In this document: positions 1 to 13,612 of the stretch, one piece after another
Numbering within the stretch: position 1 is the stretch's first letter
Layout of the letters: every line of letters begins with the position of its first letter
Assembly (NCBI GenBank): GCA_965644295.1
Contig: CBFFRP010000119.1
Span: 1 to 64,000, forward strand
Origin: Paraphysomonas bandaiensis
Lineage: Eukaryota; Protista; Chrysophyceae
Direction of reading: 5' to 3'
Length of the DNA: 64,000 nt
The notes under the pieces: generated by a model
What the model was told of the DNA's origin: nothing
What the model saw: the letters and a program-made list of their open reading frames with translations, nothing else
The model's database searches: none
Translations under genes and position numbers: made by a program

Positions 1-870
1 ATCACGTATTGCTCCTACGCCTAGCCAAACCAATCACAGAGGACCCGGTGAAGTTGGAAAAGGTGGACTGGGGTTTTATTCATTGGGGTGCAGAGTATCT
101 GTCCCGCCCCGGCCTTGCTTCACAAGCGGAGAAATTCTTTCCGCAGGACTGTACGAGACTCATGTTGCCGACTGATGAAGATGCCGAGCATCAACTCCTG
201 GTATGGCTATTTCCGGGTCTATTTAATATTCTAAATGCGCTGATCTTAGCAGTGACCACGACCGATTTTAACTTCATCTCCCAGTCTTTCTTTAGCTGCT
301 GGCGTAATTTTCTACCCGGTATATGGCAGTCTGTGCTTATGTCTAACGTTTAATACAAAAATGGTAGGTGTGGTGCAGGAATGCGTCAAGTATCCCCATA
401 TCATGAGGGCACTTAATAGACTTCATGTAAGTATACCAGACGTACTGTGTTCTCTGATATAATTATTTAGAGCGATCTTATGCGGTCTCCTCAAGCAGTC
501 GCAGCATTTGTTGCGAAACTAACGATGGATGCCATGCTCTTGTCGTCTGACCTTATGAGTATGTACTTCAATATTTCAAGTGCGCTAAATTACTTGTGTT
601 AAGTTATGTTTAGGCGATGTAGCTATGTTCTGTTCGGCTTGTGCGAGCTCCCTCTTGCAGAAGCTCAATGTTTCGTCAAATCAACAATCCTGCTGCCTCT
701 ATAGTGAGGACTGATTGTACCCATTGATCGCTTTAGCAGTTGGGAGAAGAAAATTCTGATGGGAACCCCTGAGCATTTCGTCGATGACTTGGCTGAGCTT
801 TTGCTCTTTATTGCAAAAGTATAATATATGTGTCCGGTACGTACATTGTAAAGGTAAGTTTTCAGAACGG

Positions 871-3800
871 CCTAACCCTAACCCTAACCCTAACCCTAAC
901 CCTAACCCTAACCCTAACCCTAACCCTAACCCTAACCCTAACCCTAACCCTAACCCTAACCCTAACCCTAACCCTAACCCTAACCCTAACCCTAACCCTA
1001 ACCCTAACCCTAACCCTAACCCTAACCCTAACCCTAACCCTAACCCTAACCCTAACCCTAACCCTAACCCTAACCCTAACCCTAACCCTAACCCTAACCC
1101 TAACCCTAACCCTAACCCTAACCCTAACCCTAACCCTAACCCTAACCCTAACCCTAACCCTAACCCTAACCCTAACCCCAACCCTAACCCTAACCCTAAC
1201 CCTAACCCTAACCCTAACCCTAACCCTAACCCTAACCCTAACCCTAACCCTAACCCTAACCCTAACCCTAACCCTAACCCTAACCCTAACCCTAACCCTA
1301 ACCCTAACCCTAACCCTAACCCTAACCCTAACCCTAACCCTAACCCTAACCCTAACCCTAACCCTAACCCTAACCCTAACCCTAACCCTAACCCTAACCC
1401 TAACCCTAACCCTAACCCTAACCCTAACCCTAACCCTAACCCTAACCCTAACCCTAACCCTAACCCTAACCCTAACCCTAACCCTAACCCTAACCCTAAC
1501 CCTAACCCTAACCCTAACCCTAACCCTAACCCTAACCCTAACCCTAACCCTAACCCTAACCCTAACCCTAACCCTAACCCTAACCCTAACCCTAACCCTA
1601 ACCCTAACCCTAACCCTAACCCTAACCCTAACCCTAACCCTAACCCTAACCCTAACCCTAACCCTAACCCTAACCCTAACCCTAACCCTAACCCTAACCC
1701 TAACCCTAACCCTAACCCTAACCCTAACCCTAACCCTAACCCTAACCCTAACCCTAACCCTAACCCTAACCCTAACCCTAACCCTAACCCTAACCCTAAC
1801 CCTAACCCTAACCCTAACCCTAACCCTAACCCTAACCCTAACCCTAACCCTAACCCTAACCCTAACCCTAACCCTAACCCTAACCCTAACCCTAACCCTA
1901 ACCCTAACCCTAACCCTAACCCTAACCCTAACCCTAACCCTAACCCTAACCCTAACCCTAACCCTAACCCTAACCCTAACCCTAACCCTAACCCTAACCC
2001 TAACCCTAACCCTAACCCTAACCCTAACCCTAACCCTAACCCTAACCCTAACCCTAACCCTAACCCTAACCCTAACCCTAACCCTAACCCTAACCCTAAC
2101 CCTAACCCTAACCCTAACCCTAACCCTAACCCTAACCCTAACCCTAACCCTAACCCTAACCCTAACCCTAACCCTAACCCTAACCCTAACCCTAACCCTA
2201 ACCCTAACCCTAACCCTAACCCTAACCCTAACCCTAACCCTAACCCTAACCCTAACCCTAACCCTAACCCTAACCCTAACCCTAACCCTAACCCTAACCC
2301 TAACCCTAACCCTAACCCTAACCCTAACCCTAACCCTAACCCTAACCCTAACCCTAACCCTAACCCTAACCCTAACCCTAACCCTAACCCTAACCCTAAC
2401 CCTAACCCTAACCCTAACCCTAACCCTAACCCTAACCCTAACCCTAACCCTAACCCTAACCCTAACCCTAACCCTAACCCTAACCCTAACCCTAACCCTA
2501 ACCCTAACCCTAACCCTAACCCTAACCCTAACCCTAACCCTAACCCTAACCCTAACCCTAACCCTAACCCTAACCCTAACCCTAACCCTAACCCTAACCC
2601 TAACCCTAACCCTAACCCTAACCCTAACCCTAACCCTAACCCTAACCCTAACCCTAACCCTAACCCTAACCCTAACCCTAACCCTAACCCTAACCCTAAC
2701 CCTAACCCTAACCCTAACCCTAACCCTAACCCTAACCCTAACCCTAACCCTAACCCTAACCCTAACCCTAACCCTAACCCTAACCCTAACCCTAACCCTA
2801 ACCCTAACCCTAACCCTAACCCTAACCCTAACCCTAACCCTAACCCTAACCCTAACCCTAACCCTAACCCTAACCCTAACCCTAACCCTAACCCTAACCC
2901 TAACCCTAACCCTAACCCTAACCCTAACCCTAACCCTAACCCTAACCCTAACCCTAACCCTAACCCTAACCCTAACCCTAACCCTAACCCTAACCCTAAC
3001 CCTAACCCTAACCCTAACCCTAACCCTAACCCTAACCCTAACCCTAACCCTAACCCTAACCCTAACCCTAACCCTAACCCTAACCCTAACCCTAACCCTA
3101 ACCCTAACCCTAACCCTAACCCTAACCCTAACCCTAACCCTAACCCTAACCCTAACCCTAACCCTAACCCTAACCCTAACCCTAACCCTAACCCTAACCC
3201 TAACCCTAACCCTAACCCTAACCCTAACCCTAACCCTAACCCTAACCCTAACCCTAACCCTAACCCTAACCCTAACCCTAACCCTAACCCTAACCCTAAC
3301 CCTAACCCTAACCCTAACCCTAACCCTAACCCTAACCCTAACCCTAACCCTAACCCTAACCCTAACCCTAACCCTAACCCTAACCCTAACCCTAACCCTA
3401 ACCCTAACCCTAACCCTAACCCTAACCCTAACCCTAACCCTAACCCTAACCCTAACCCTAACCCTAACCCTAACCCTAACCCTAACCCTAACCCTAACCC
3501 TAACCCTAACCCTAACCCTAACCCTAACCCTAACCCTAACCCTAACCCTAACCCTAACCCTAACCCTAACCCTAACCCTAACCCTAACCCTAACCCTAAC
3601 CCTAACCCTAACCCTAACCCTAACCCTAACCCTAACCCTAACCCTAACCCTAACCCTAACCCTAACCCTAACCCTAACCCTAACCCTAACCCTAACCCTA
3701 ACCCTAACCCTAACCCTAACCCTAACCCTAACCCTAACCCTAACCCTAACCCTAACCCTAACCCTAACCCTAACCCTAACCCTAACCCTAACCCTAACCC

Positions 3801-4617
3801 TAACCCTAACCCTAACCCTAACCCTAACCCTAACCCTAACCCTAACCCTAACCCTAACCCTAACCCTAACCCTAACCCTAACCCTAACCCTAACCCTAAC
3901 CCTAACCCTAACCCTAACCCTAACCCTAACCCTAACCCTAACCCTAACCCTAACCCTAACCCTAACCCTAACCCTAACCCTAACCCTAACCCTAACCCTA
4001 ACCCTAACCCTAACCCTAACCCTAACCCTAACCCTAACCCTAACCCTAACCCTAACCCTAACCCTAACCCTAACCCTAACCCTAACCCTAACCCTAACCC
4101 TAACCCTAACCCTAACCCTAACCCTAACCCTAACCCTAACCCTAACCCTAACCCTAACCCTAACCCTAACCCTAACCCTAACCCTAACCCTAACCCTAAC
4201 CCTAACCCTAACCCTAACCCTAACCCTAACCCTAACCCTAACCCTAACCCTAACCCTAACCCTAACCCTAACCCTAACCCTAACCCTAACCCTAACCCTA
4301 ACCCTAACCCTAACCCTAACCCTAACCCTAACCCTAACCCTAACCCTAACCCTAACCCTAACCCTAACCCTAACCCTAACCCTAACCCTAACCCTAACCC
4401 TAACCCTAACCCTAACCCTAACCCTAACCCTAACCCTAACCCTAACCCTAACCCTAACCCTAACCCTAACCCTAACCCTAACCCTAACCCTAACCCTAAC
4501 CCTAACCCTAACCCTAACCCTAACCCTAACCCTAACCCTAACCCTAACCCTAACCCTAACCCTAACCCTAACCCTAACCCTAACCCTAACCCTAACCCTA
4601 ACCCTAACCCTAACCCT
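871..4617. repeat. Telomeric array (CCCTAA)n, ~624 units, C-strand on +
   Basis: Uninterrupted CCCTAA with one visible variant (CCCCAA, nt 1179). Polarity is that of a left chromosome end for the DNA to its right. Confidence 0.99.
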
Positions 4618-4787
4618 GTTATATATAGGTATATATGTGTATATATGAAGTATATATTGACTTACTATGAAGTGTGTATATGTTATATATATGTTATATA
4701 TAAATGAAGTCAAAAATGAAGTGTTTGTAAGTCAAAAATTGACATACTTTGAAGTGTGATGCTTCTGATATTCTTTGGGTTTTCGCT

Positions 4788-4831
4788 GGGGTTAGGTTGG
4801 GGTTAGGGTTGGGGCTAAGGTTAGGGTAGGG
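4788..4831. repeat. Degenerate telomere-like G-rich tract, opposite polarity to the main array
   Basis: ggggttaggttggggttagggttggggctaaggttagggtaggg. Confidence 0.8.
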
Positions 4832-4837
4832 TATATG

Positions 4838-5126
4838 ATATCTCAAGAACTATGACGAGTTAATAAAAAGTAAACGTATCAGTAAATTCAGCGTACCCAT
4901 ATTATTCTTGTAAAAACCTATGACCTTCACCTATAAAGCTTTTTATAAAAAGTTAGGAGCTCACACCTCTATCTAACCTTAACCGCACCCCATAAAAATA
5001 ATATCTCTGGAACTACGGGGTAATAAAAATTAAAAAATATATCAGTAAACGCAGAATACCCACATTACTCTAGTAATAAAATACGACCTTTGCCTAAAAA
5101 AATTATTCTCATAAGTTATGAGCTCA
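4838..5126. repeat. Degenerate ~125 bp direct repeat pair (4838-4963, 5001-5126)
   Basis: Both units read atatctc..gaacta...atcagtaaa..cag..taccca.att..tct.gtaa...gacctt..cct...agtta.gagctca. Confidence 0.75.
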
Positions 5127-5277
5127 AAACGCTCACAGAGCCGTATTCACTGTATTCTATGTATTCTATATCAAGAATAATGCGCGATGGTAAACTTACT
5201 TTTTTTGATTGGCTTAAATTTGATTGTTAAACAGATCCACACCTCAAATGGGTAAGGAGCTATCGGGGGACAGCGTA

Positions 5278-5304
5278 TAACCCTAACCCTAACCCTAACC
5301 CTAA
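5278..5304. repeat. Short interstitial telomeric tract taa(CCCTAA)4
   Basis: Direct reading. Confidence 0.95.
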
Positions 5305-5468
5305 TCGAATAGTTTGAGAACAGATCTCTTATTAAACGCTTAGGCTAGCTACAATTCTTACTTGTTCCATGATATGGAGGAATTAAATCTGCTATTGACT
5401 ACATAAAAAACATCTTGTCAGCACAAATTCGGAAATTGACGCCCCTAGAGTGTGAATAATACTAATAC

Positions 5469-8400
5469 TTATGTAGGAGGGCGGCCTCTGCAGCGGCAAT
5501 TGCACCCATTCACACCACATATGTTATGTACTTCAAACCAGCTGTCCATACACCCGGCATGACCACCTGCATACCCGATGCTTAATGCAATAAAAGTATC
5601 TCAACAACATACCATGCTTGCAATGTTGACACCACATGAACCATTTCCCAAATTCCAGCACATTATGATTCAGTTCAGCACCATGTCTGAGAACGTCATC
5701 AGCCTCCAGAGATAGCAATGATGCGGCTTGTGCAGGGGATGATGGGGCCGCTCTGCGGGCAAGAGCGGACTTTACTTCACACTGAGGATTGACTAATCCC
5801 ATGTACGACAAACAGATGTAGCACTTCGGGAGAGGTCGCTTACATTGAGGGCAGCAATGCATAATTGGCTTTTGTCTGTATACATAATTAGCAACAGTCA
5901 GAGCAGAGGTGTCGCCATGATTACTTTCGAAGCCACGCTGATGTTTGCCACTGGTGCTGTTTCTGCATTGCATCCACTGGCAGCGACGAACTGTTGCAAT
6001 CAACTTAATGAGTTGGAAGAGATCTATAATCAGATGTCTACGTACCTGCAGTAATAACATCTCAAGAAGATATGCGGCGAGTCGTTATGAGGAGGCATCT
6101 TGTAGCACAGCCTGCGTAGAGCAAAGACTCAGACACTCATAGGTCATCATATTCACAGACCTAGCAGTACTGGAACTCGGCCCTTCAGCCCCAGACTCTG
6201 TTGCACGAGACCCCATGGGAGCGAGGCGATGGTTTGGAACCACACGATTTCCCGCATCCAACTTTGAATCAGCTCTGGTGTGTGACTGATACTGCCGAAA
6301 GCGATAACCTGTACCGACAATGAATAAACAGAGCACGCGAGTCCTGAATTTTTCTTACCCAGTTCGACGTCCAGAGCAGCTCTTTCCATGAAGAACTGAT
6401 TTGCACAAAAGATCAAGCTTTAGCGCAAATGACGATTTCAAAAGTATACCTGCCATCGATTAAGCAAATGACGATACTCCTGTAAAAATTGTTTTTCCAT
6501 CCTTCCAATCCGTCCTTGCGAATATTAAATGTTAACGTAAACAACGGTAGCCTCATATACACCAACCAGAAACAGCCTCCTCATCACCTCGCCCATCTCC
6601 CTTATGAAGAGAAGGGAACCTTGCTACGAGAAGAGCTGCAGTCTGAATGTCACTCCTGTGCAAGTGTGACATTATGAGCAAATTGTATGGACATATCCAA
6701 CCTCATGTCGACGTATCGTTGCAGCAATTCAAAGCCTCCTTGTGTATTCAGCCCGGTGATAACCAGTCCCTCTATATTTCCTTGAGCCTACGCAGGGTCA
6801 AAGACACGTACAAGATTAAGCAAGTCATTCACAATTACCATGCACTCCTCTTCCAGCTGTCGGAGAAATACATACATCTGCATCGTGGCATCAATAACAA
6901 GTTCGTCGAATATGATGTAGCAGCTTAAACCTCATTAAGTGAGAGATATGTACAAGAAAAAGCAACTCTGTCTTCAAAGGCGATGTTTTCATCTTGCAGT
7001 AAGGAGTATCTGACGGAATAAATCAGCGCACGTCTACATAAAGCGCATTTATTATATACCTGGCCTGTCCATCTGAGGCATTATCTTTATCTTTTGGGCC
7101 ATTTAGTGCCTCCAACAAGAACTGACATGCTGCATATAGATAGGCCGCAGATCGCCTAGGAGTCCACACAATAACATAGGAGGAAAAAATACAAAACTAT
7201 ATCATACCTCTTGGTCATGCGAAGTTGTTCTAAAACACTCGCACACATAGATGACCACATATTCCTTTCCCTATAGAACACTAACGTCCAGACTTAATAC
7301 ATATATGCAAATTACGTGATGTCGTTGCCGTCTTCGTCATCATCGTGCAGAAGAGATATCTTCTATAACGTCTTTAACGCAGCCAAAGCGGTTACAGCAG
7401 CACAATACCCACCTCTTCCTTTTTAGCATTCCTAGCACTTCCATACCCTGCGATGCACATAGCCACCAGCGATAGAAGTTGTATATATTCTGAGATGATT
7501 CAAAATTCAATGACAATACATGATAGCGATAACTAGGGGCGTACCAGGTGTAAGGGCGTCAATATACCGCTCTCCGCTGCACTCAACTCCACCTTCAGCG
7601 TCGTCATTATCACTGTCGTGCACCGAGCTGCTGGCCGCTATTGTTCGCTGAAGAACCTTAACTGCGAGGGCTGTGTCGCCGTGCCAGAGCGCAAGGGCAG
7701 CAGCTCTCTCAAAATTTTCTGTGTGGTACAGCTATGAGCATGAAGCACACATACAGTCTAGTGCGAGTACCAATGGCTTCCGATTCATGAACAACATCAG
7801 AGAGGCGAGCAGCCTCTGCGTGCTCTTCCAGTCGATTTTCGTCTTTAGATGAATCAGGCTTGCTCGCCGTGCGCCTAGACTTTGAACTGATTGTTTTCTT
7901 TGTACTGTGGTCTCCTACACCATGTAGAGCTGCCCAACCGCAAAGTAGTCTTTCTCATCGTCAGAGCATAATATAGCACTAAATAGACACTCACCTTCCT
8001 ACGCTTCTTCTGTAGGAAATATACACCGAGCATCCCAGATGAGGGTGGGTCAGAATATTTTGTGCTCCCTCCCCAGAGACCTCCACTGTTAGCACCAGAG
8101 AAATAAAGGTACATAGGGTGCAATGTTGCCGGGGAGTCACCTGATAGCTTTTCATCGCTGCTTGCTGCGGTACTGTTACCCATAAGCAGCTGCAATATAC
8201 CACAGTTCTCTAAATTGAACGAATCGTCTTTGATATGAAGGCATTCCACTCTGTCGACCCAACTCCATGCCCGCAACAATTGAATAGTGGCTCCTGCGGC
8301 AACTGAGGTGGGGTCAAATGTATCCAACTCGTCTTGTAACGTCTGCCGACAATACAAAATTGAACAAGCAGAGAGATGGATTGACAATCAGACCTGAAGA

Positions 8401-10190
8401 TTTTTGCCACTATCGATTGAATACCCAGCCGCACATCGCGATCTCATCGCCTGGTCGATATCGAACACATCCACTCCGGTGCAGTGGTCCTGACATGTAG
8501 AGAACGGAGTCGCTGATTGCTCGCGATGTGGTGAGCCCTGCCCTTGTGAAGACGGGGGAGTGGCTAGAGTCAAGCACTGTCCTTGACCATACAACTGCGA
8601 CATTTTGTTATACAATGCAGGGAGTATATTGTATCTTACCATTGTGTCAAGAGCGCCGACAGCGGCAGGTTGACGCTCAACAACAGCTACATCCATAAAC
8701 TCCATAGCACCATTAGCGACGAGTAGCCTGTTGCATAGTACATCCTCCGGAGTTTGTGCAACAGATGAAATAGACTGAATGCTTTGATTATCACCCATAA
8801 GAAGGTGTATCTTGTCATCTGCGTGGTGTCCTGGGCCTGATATGTCCCCATCACCATCCATGTCCAGCCCACCATGAGATACTCCGCCCATGTCCCCATC
8901 CCCTGCACCGCCTCCTGTCCCAGCTGCAGTGCTTCCCTGCCAGGAAAGATGCTTTACCCCCCCTGGCATATTTATCGTGAAAATTGGCACTCTGGACACC
9001 ACATCGATGTGGGAGTGGCGGGCGCTGGATGAAAGAAGACATTGTCAAAGCATTACGTCGGCACCGATGTGAGTATACCACCTGTAGAAAGAGACGTAAT
9101 CCCTCTGACTGGTGCCAACAGCAAGAACGTTAGCTCGAACCGGAGAATACTCGACGGCAGTGACGTACGACTGTGCGTTGGATCAGAAAAGGCATACTAT
9201 ACAACACCTCTTAGCTTACCGACGAAGTAGTCCGTTCCTGCATAGGTCCTGACCCTACTGTCTCATGGGGGTGAATGCTGAATAAGGGTGCTTCCTTTGA
9301 CTTTTCTAGCTTTCTCATATCCCAAATCTAGAGCACGCATAGAACATATAACACCACAGGGCAAGTCACGCAGCGTGGAGTACCTTCACAGGCTCCCCAC
9401 TTAGGTCAGAGAAGGTTGCAATCAGGTTGCAGTTGAATGGGTCCGATCTGATTCCTTTTACTTTCTTCGACAATCGCGTTGTTGTATGTGTGTGTGCCAT
9501 GCACGTCATTGCATTTTGATTTCCCTGGCGCAGGTCGTATATATTCAGCACACCCTTATCACCCCCCACAGCTATTAGCTGGGAGTGCTGTGGAACCCAG
9601 CAGAGAGATATCACAGACTCACTGGAACTGCAAACAAATAAGTTGCAACGGGTACATGCTGCAGAATACTCACAATGTGTATAACACAGGAAACTCTCCA
9701 CTGTCATGTCCACTTGAACCACCAGCTTCCAAGTCGTAAATAACAGCACAGTTCTCCCTGCCACAAAAAAGATTACTTAAGTTTAAGCATTAAGTGTTCG
9801 ATACTTTCTTAGTTTGTCAAAACCAGTGGCCAACTGCCCTTGAATTTGAGTGTTCCAAGCAATCTCAGTGCACTGTCTGGTGTGATATTTTTTTGGTTCT
9901 CGAATAGCATGCGCTACTAGTTCATCCTTTGCCCAGTCGAGTACATACACCGCCCCTGAGGAACACCCGTACGCAAGAACTTGCGATTTGGATATATGCT
10001 GATACCATGAGAGGGTAGTGACCTGTGTGGTGACTTCTGCAACAAAATTATACGACTTGGACAGGTGGGCCTCGCGCTTAGTGTGAGATTGAGTGACATC
10101 GAAGAGCTTGAGCTTGGAGTCGTATGCAATAAAACTAGAATGAAAAGGATTCCATTTGACAATACTATTCGTTATCAGCGGCAGTGACAT
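5469..10190 (-). CDS. MIOS: GATOR2/SEACAT complex subunit MIOS (Sea4), multi-exon
   Basis: N-terminal WD40 repeats (KWNP, IAWN, IYDLR, KGIRSDPF), MRSRCAAGYS segment, FERAAALALWHG, DRVAFSC and a C-terminal zinc domain CPQCKRPLPKCYICL...[31 protein letters not shown]; many ~50 nt GT-AG introns. Confidence 0.9.
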
Positions 10191-10540
10191 TGTCTTGATG
10201 TGTGAGAGCAGATACGACTCTGACGAAATGATCGACTTCTCTGGGAACTCACTGCATGTCTACGCTACATGTTGCAGAAGATCATTTATATGTATCTCAT
10301 GTGTAGAGCTCCGTATACCGATATACTGTATATGGCACAGCAGTGCTCGGTATATTATACTGTGGATATACGGTATACCGTATACATACCCACCTGCAGC
10401 AGTGAATCTGCCTGTAGTTTGGAGTCTGTTTTTTTTATACTGCTGCATATTTGAAATTTAACACTGACAGAACAGACCCGCTGCATCACAGCCTGCTATA
10501 CAGTGAGAAAGCATTGGTTCTTTTGGGTGCGCTGATAGAG

Positions 10541-12014
10541 ATGGATCGAAGTGTGAATTTGAGAGGGATGATCCATCTGAATCAGGTGTGTGTGTGTGTG
10601 CATGTATTGGTGTGTGTCTGAGGGGTGCAGGTCGAGGATCTTCTCTCAGAGATACTCACACGACTAAACGGACAAGAAGATTCTATTGAGCGTATATCGA
10701 TGAAGCTGCAGAACATGATGAGTCTGGATGTGGCAGAGAAGTATTGACTATGTTAACAGCGTGCACATCTCTCATGTAAGCACTGCACAGGAGCATTGGC
10801 AACCTCGAAGACGCAGTGCGGCTACTGTCGAATAGAATCGACTCCTTGAGGCAGTCATGTACAGTTCGTTTGAATGGAAAAATGTTAGTCTGTAATTCCC
10901 TTATGACTGCTATTATGATTCACATTGTACAGAGTGTCAGCGTCTGATCTGTCAGCACAAAACAACATGAAATTAGTGGAATTAGAGGGCGTACTTTCAT
11001 CATGTGCTCGCTCAGACTATGTGAAGACTAGGTTGGCAGAGTTGACCAATCAACATGTGACTGACCTACAGGAGCTCGAGTCCCGATGTGCCTCTGCGGA
11101 GACAGCCCGTAGCCTAGTAATTGGACTTCGAGAGTGTAGCGCCCGCGTCTCTCGTCTTGAAGAAGCCTTGTCCCAGAAGATGGAAAGGAGTGAGATAAGA
11201 CATGTGGAATCTCTGGTGTCAAATCTTGAGAGTTACTCCGAGTTCAAGGAGTATATGCTTACTCGTGTGTCTGACCTTGAAACCGGTTCCCAGTCTTTAC
11301 TGTGTCAGATCCAGAAGCAAACTCAAGCTCTCTCAGCGTTAGACGACCAGTTCGTATCTGTTACTGGTAAGTGCGACTCTGCTCGGAAGCGGACTCAGGA
11401 GCGGGTGGAAGAAGTTGCGGAAGAGGTTAGTCGTCAGGGCCGCTTCTTACGTTCCTCCTGTGCGCGGGTAGAGGATGTAAGGGATCTAGAAGAGTGGAAG
11501 CAGACAGCAGCAGTAGAGGCGGAAGACAGGCGAGTTGAGATCGCAGAGGTTCGCTCACAAATACAAACATTAAGTACTGTGTTAGAGAGTAAGGCTGAAA
11601 GCGATGAAGTTCGCAAGGTATTCTTACGGAGAGACGACTTCGGAGAGGTGGTACGTGCTCTAGGAAGTGACTTAGACGGTCGGGCGACACAAAATGATCT
11701 ACTGGGGGCTATGGATCAAATCGCGGTAAGGAGATTTTACATTTCTATGCTAGTTGTGCTAACTTTTTGTGCAGAATATAAGAAACTCTCTCCAGCAACA
11801 AGAATCACAACTGCGAGTGGCGATGAGGTTTGTGGACTGGTTCACGCAGAGAGGGGACACATACGAGTACAACATGCGCATCATCGACAAACATCTCAAG
11901 GGACTTGCCTCATCCGCTATCTCTCAAAGTAAATCTGAACCATATGCTGGTAAGGTTCGGCATATTCCGTTGGATGAATTGCTGAAACAAAACAAAGGCA
12001 GCGAGAAAACGTGA
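10541..12014 (+). CDS. Coiled-coil hypothetical protein, multi-exon
   Basis: ATG 10541, GT-AG introns, long heptad-rich ORF 10925-11725, last exon with AMRFVDWFTQRGDTYEYNMRIIDKHL. Confidence 0.7.
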
Positions 12015-12159
12015 TATTATTGTCCTTTGTAGATGCATGTATTCAATATGCAGTGTCAATTTGCGAAACAACTGTGAAATATTGTAATCGACCGAAACCC
12101 TTTCTGACACTTTAACAGCTACCAACAACTAGTTACATCTTTCGATTTAATAAACCCGT

Positions 12160-12676
12160 TAGTCTTGGCAGTGTTTCTCAGTAGTAAATGTCTTGTTATT
12201 AGCAATAGACGCTTAAGAGTCAGAACTTATTTAGCATTGCAATTTAACAAACTAGTGCTTAACTCTGGTATCCTATTATTTAACGCTACCAAAGCTGCTT
12301 ATGCGTCACCGCAAGCACCAAGGTGCAACCACTTTCGCTCTATCACTCAAATAAAACGCAGTGAGCAAGCAGAATATTGATATCTGCCTGACATCTGCTG
12401 ACTTCAGGATTTTGGAGTCCTTAAGGTGAACAACCCGGATACTTGACTTCAACAGGCAGCCCAATATCCCGGATGCCCTTGAGGTAGGCCCATTTTCCCG
12501 GATGCCAGTTTATTCGTCAGAGCAAAAAAGCGTCTTCACAAGAGACACTTCTATAAGTGTCCATTCGGCTATGAGTATGCATTATGGTATATGCGGCTCA
12601 CGTAAGTTTCCCGGAGAAATATCCCCGGTACTTATCCCCCGGACCACCGTCACGAAAAGGTGCGATTCCGACTTTG
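12160..12676 (-). mobile_element. Short ribozyme-headed retroposon (family A), diverged copy
   Basis: Colinear with copies at 22533-23650, 52962-53445 and 59982-60488; degenerate head at 12595-12676. Confidence 0.8.
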
Positions 12677-12774
12677 CTTTTTAGCAAGCCTGATAGAGTG
12701 GGGCTGTGGTTTGCCCTACTTGTTGCATATTATGTGGACAAAGATGTCGATACATGTATTGCTGGCCATTGACT

Positions 12775-13198
12775 CGTTTTACCATTCTAGCTAACTAGGG
12801 AATACTTGAATCGACAAAAAGTTAAGTACATCTACCCTAATCGATTTTAGCTTCAAACTGACATGCTAAAGAAGATACGCAAGATGGGGGACTATGCTGG
12901 CGCTTATAACAAGCATGGGGGTAAAGGTGTTAAGGGTGAAAGGGGTAAGCAGCAAATAGTTTGCGTTTGGCTGCATATTACCCTAACCCTAACCGTTTTA
13001 CCATTCTAGCTAACTAGGGAATACTTGAATCGACAAAAAGTTAAGTACATCTACCCTAATCGATTTTAGCTTCAAACTGGCATGCTAAAGAAGATACGCA
13101 AGATGGGGGACTATGCTGGCGCTTATAACAAGCATGGGGGTAAAGGTGTTAAGGGTGAAAGGGGTAAGCAGCAAATAGTTTGCGTTTGGCTGCATATT
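12775..13198. repeat. 205 bp tandem duplication (12775-12979, 12994-13198) separated by telomeric filler accctaaccctaac
   Basis: Copies differ at one visible base (aactgacatg vs aactggcatg). Confidence 0.95.
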
Positions 13199-13612
13199 TT
13201 GCAAAATACATTTAATGTCTATATATATCGTGATATTATCAATGATGTAGCTAATGAAGAATAAAATTATCATAGCTTTTGTATGCAGCTAGCCGATCAA
13301 GTATATATGTATGCACTTGAACAGCGTACTGCTACTATATAACATTGCGTTGCCCTACAACTACTACTTGATTATAATATATATGCTACATATAATAATG
13401 ATTAATGATACGATTCGTTTTTGAGATCTACTTGTTGTGGTTATCACTTGTAGTTTACCCTAAACATTGGTGTGACTAGAGGTAAGTCACCTAATTTGAC
13501 TCGAGGTTTAATTCTACATCCTGGTTAATAACTATTAACTACAGTAGTATGTCAAATACAACACTGGAACAATATTCACCTTGAGAAGCTGCTTCAATAT
13601 TTCACGATTACC

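Noticed and set aside
1-870. Possible telomere-associated retroelement (Penelope/TRAS-like) next to the array
   Set aside because: No RT or endonuclease motif recognised; only short stop-ridden frames
699-4713. Long PN/LT/RV/GL dipeptide ORFs
   Set aside because: Translation artefacts of (CCCTAA)n; no evidence of coding
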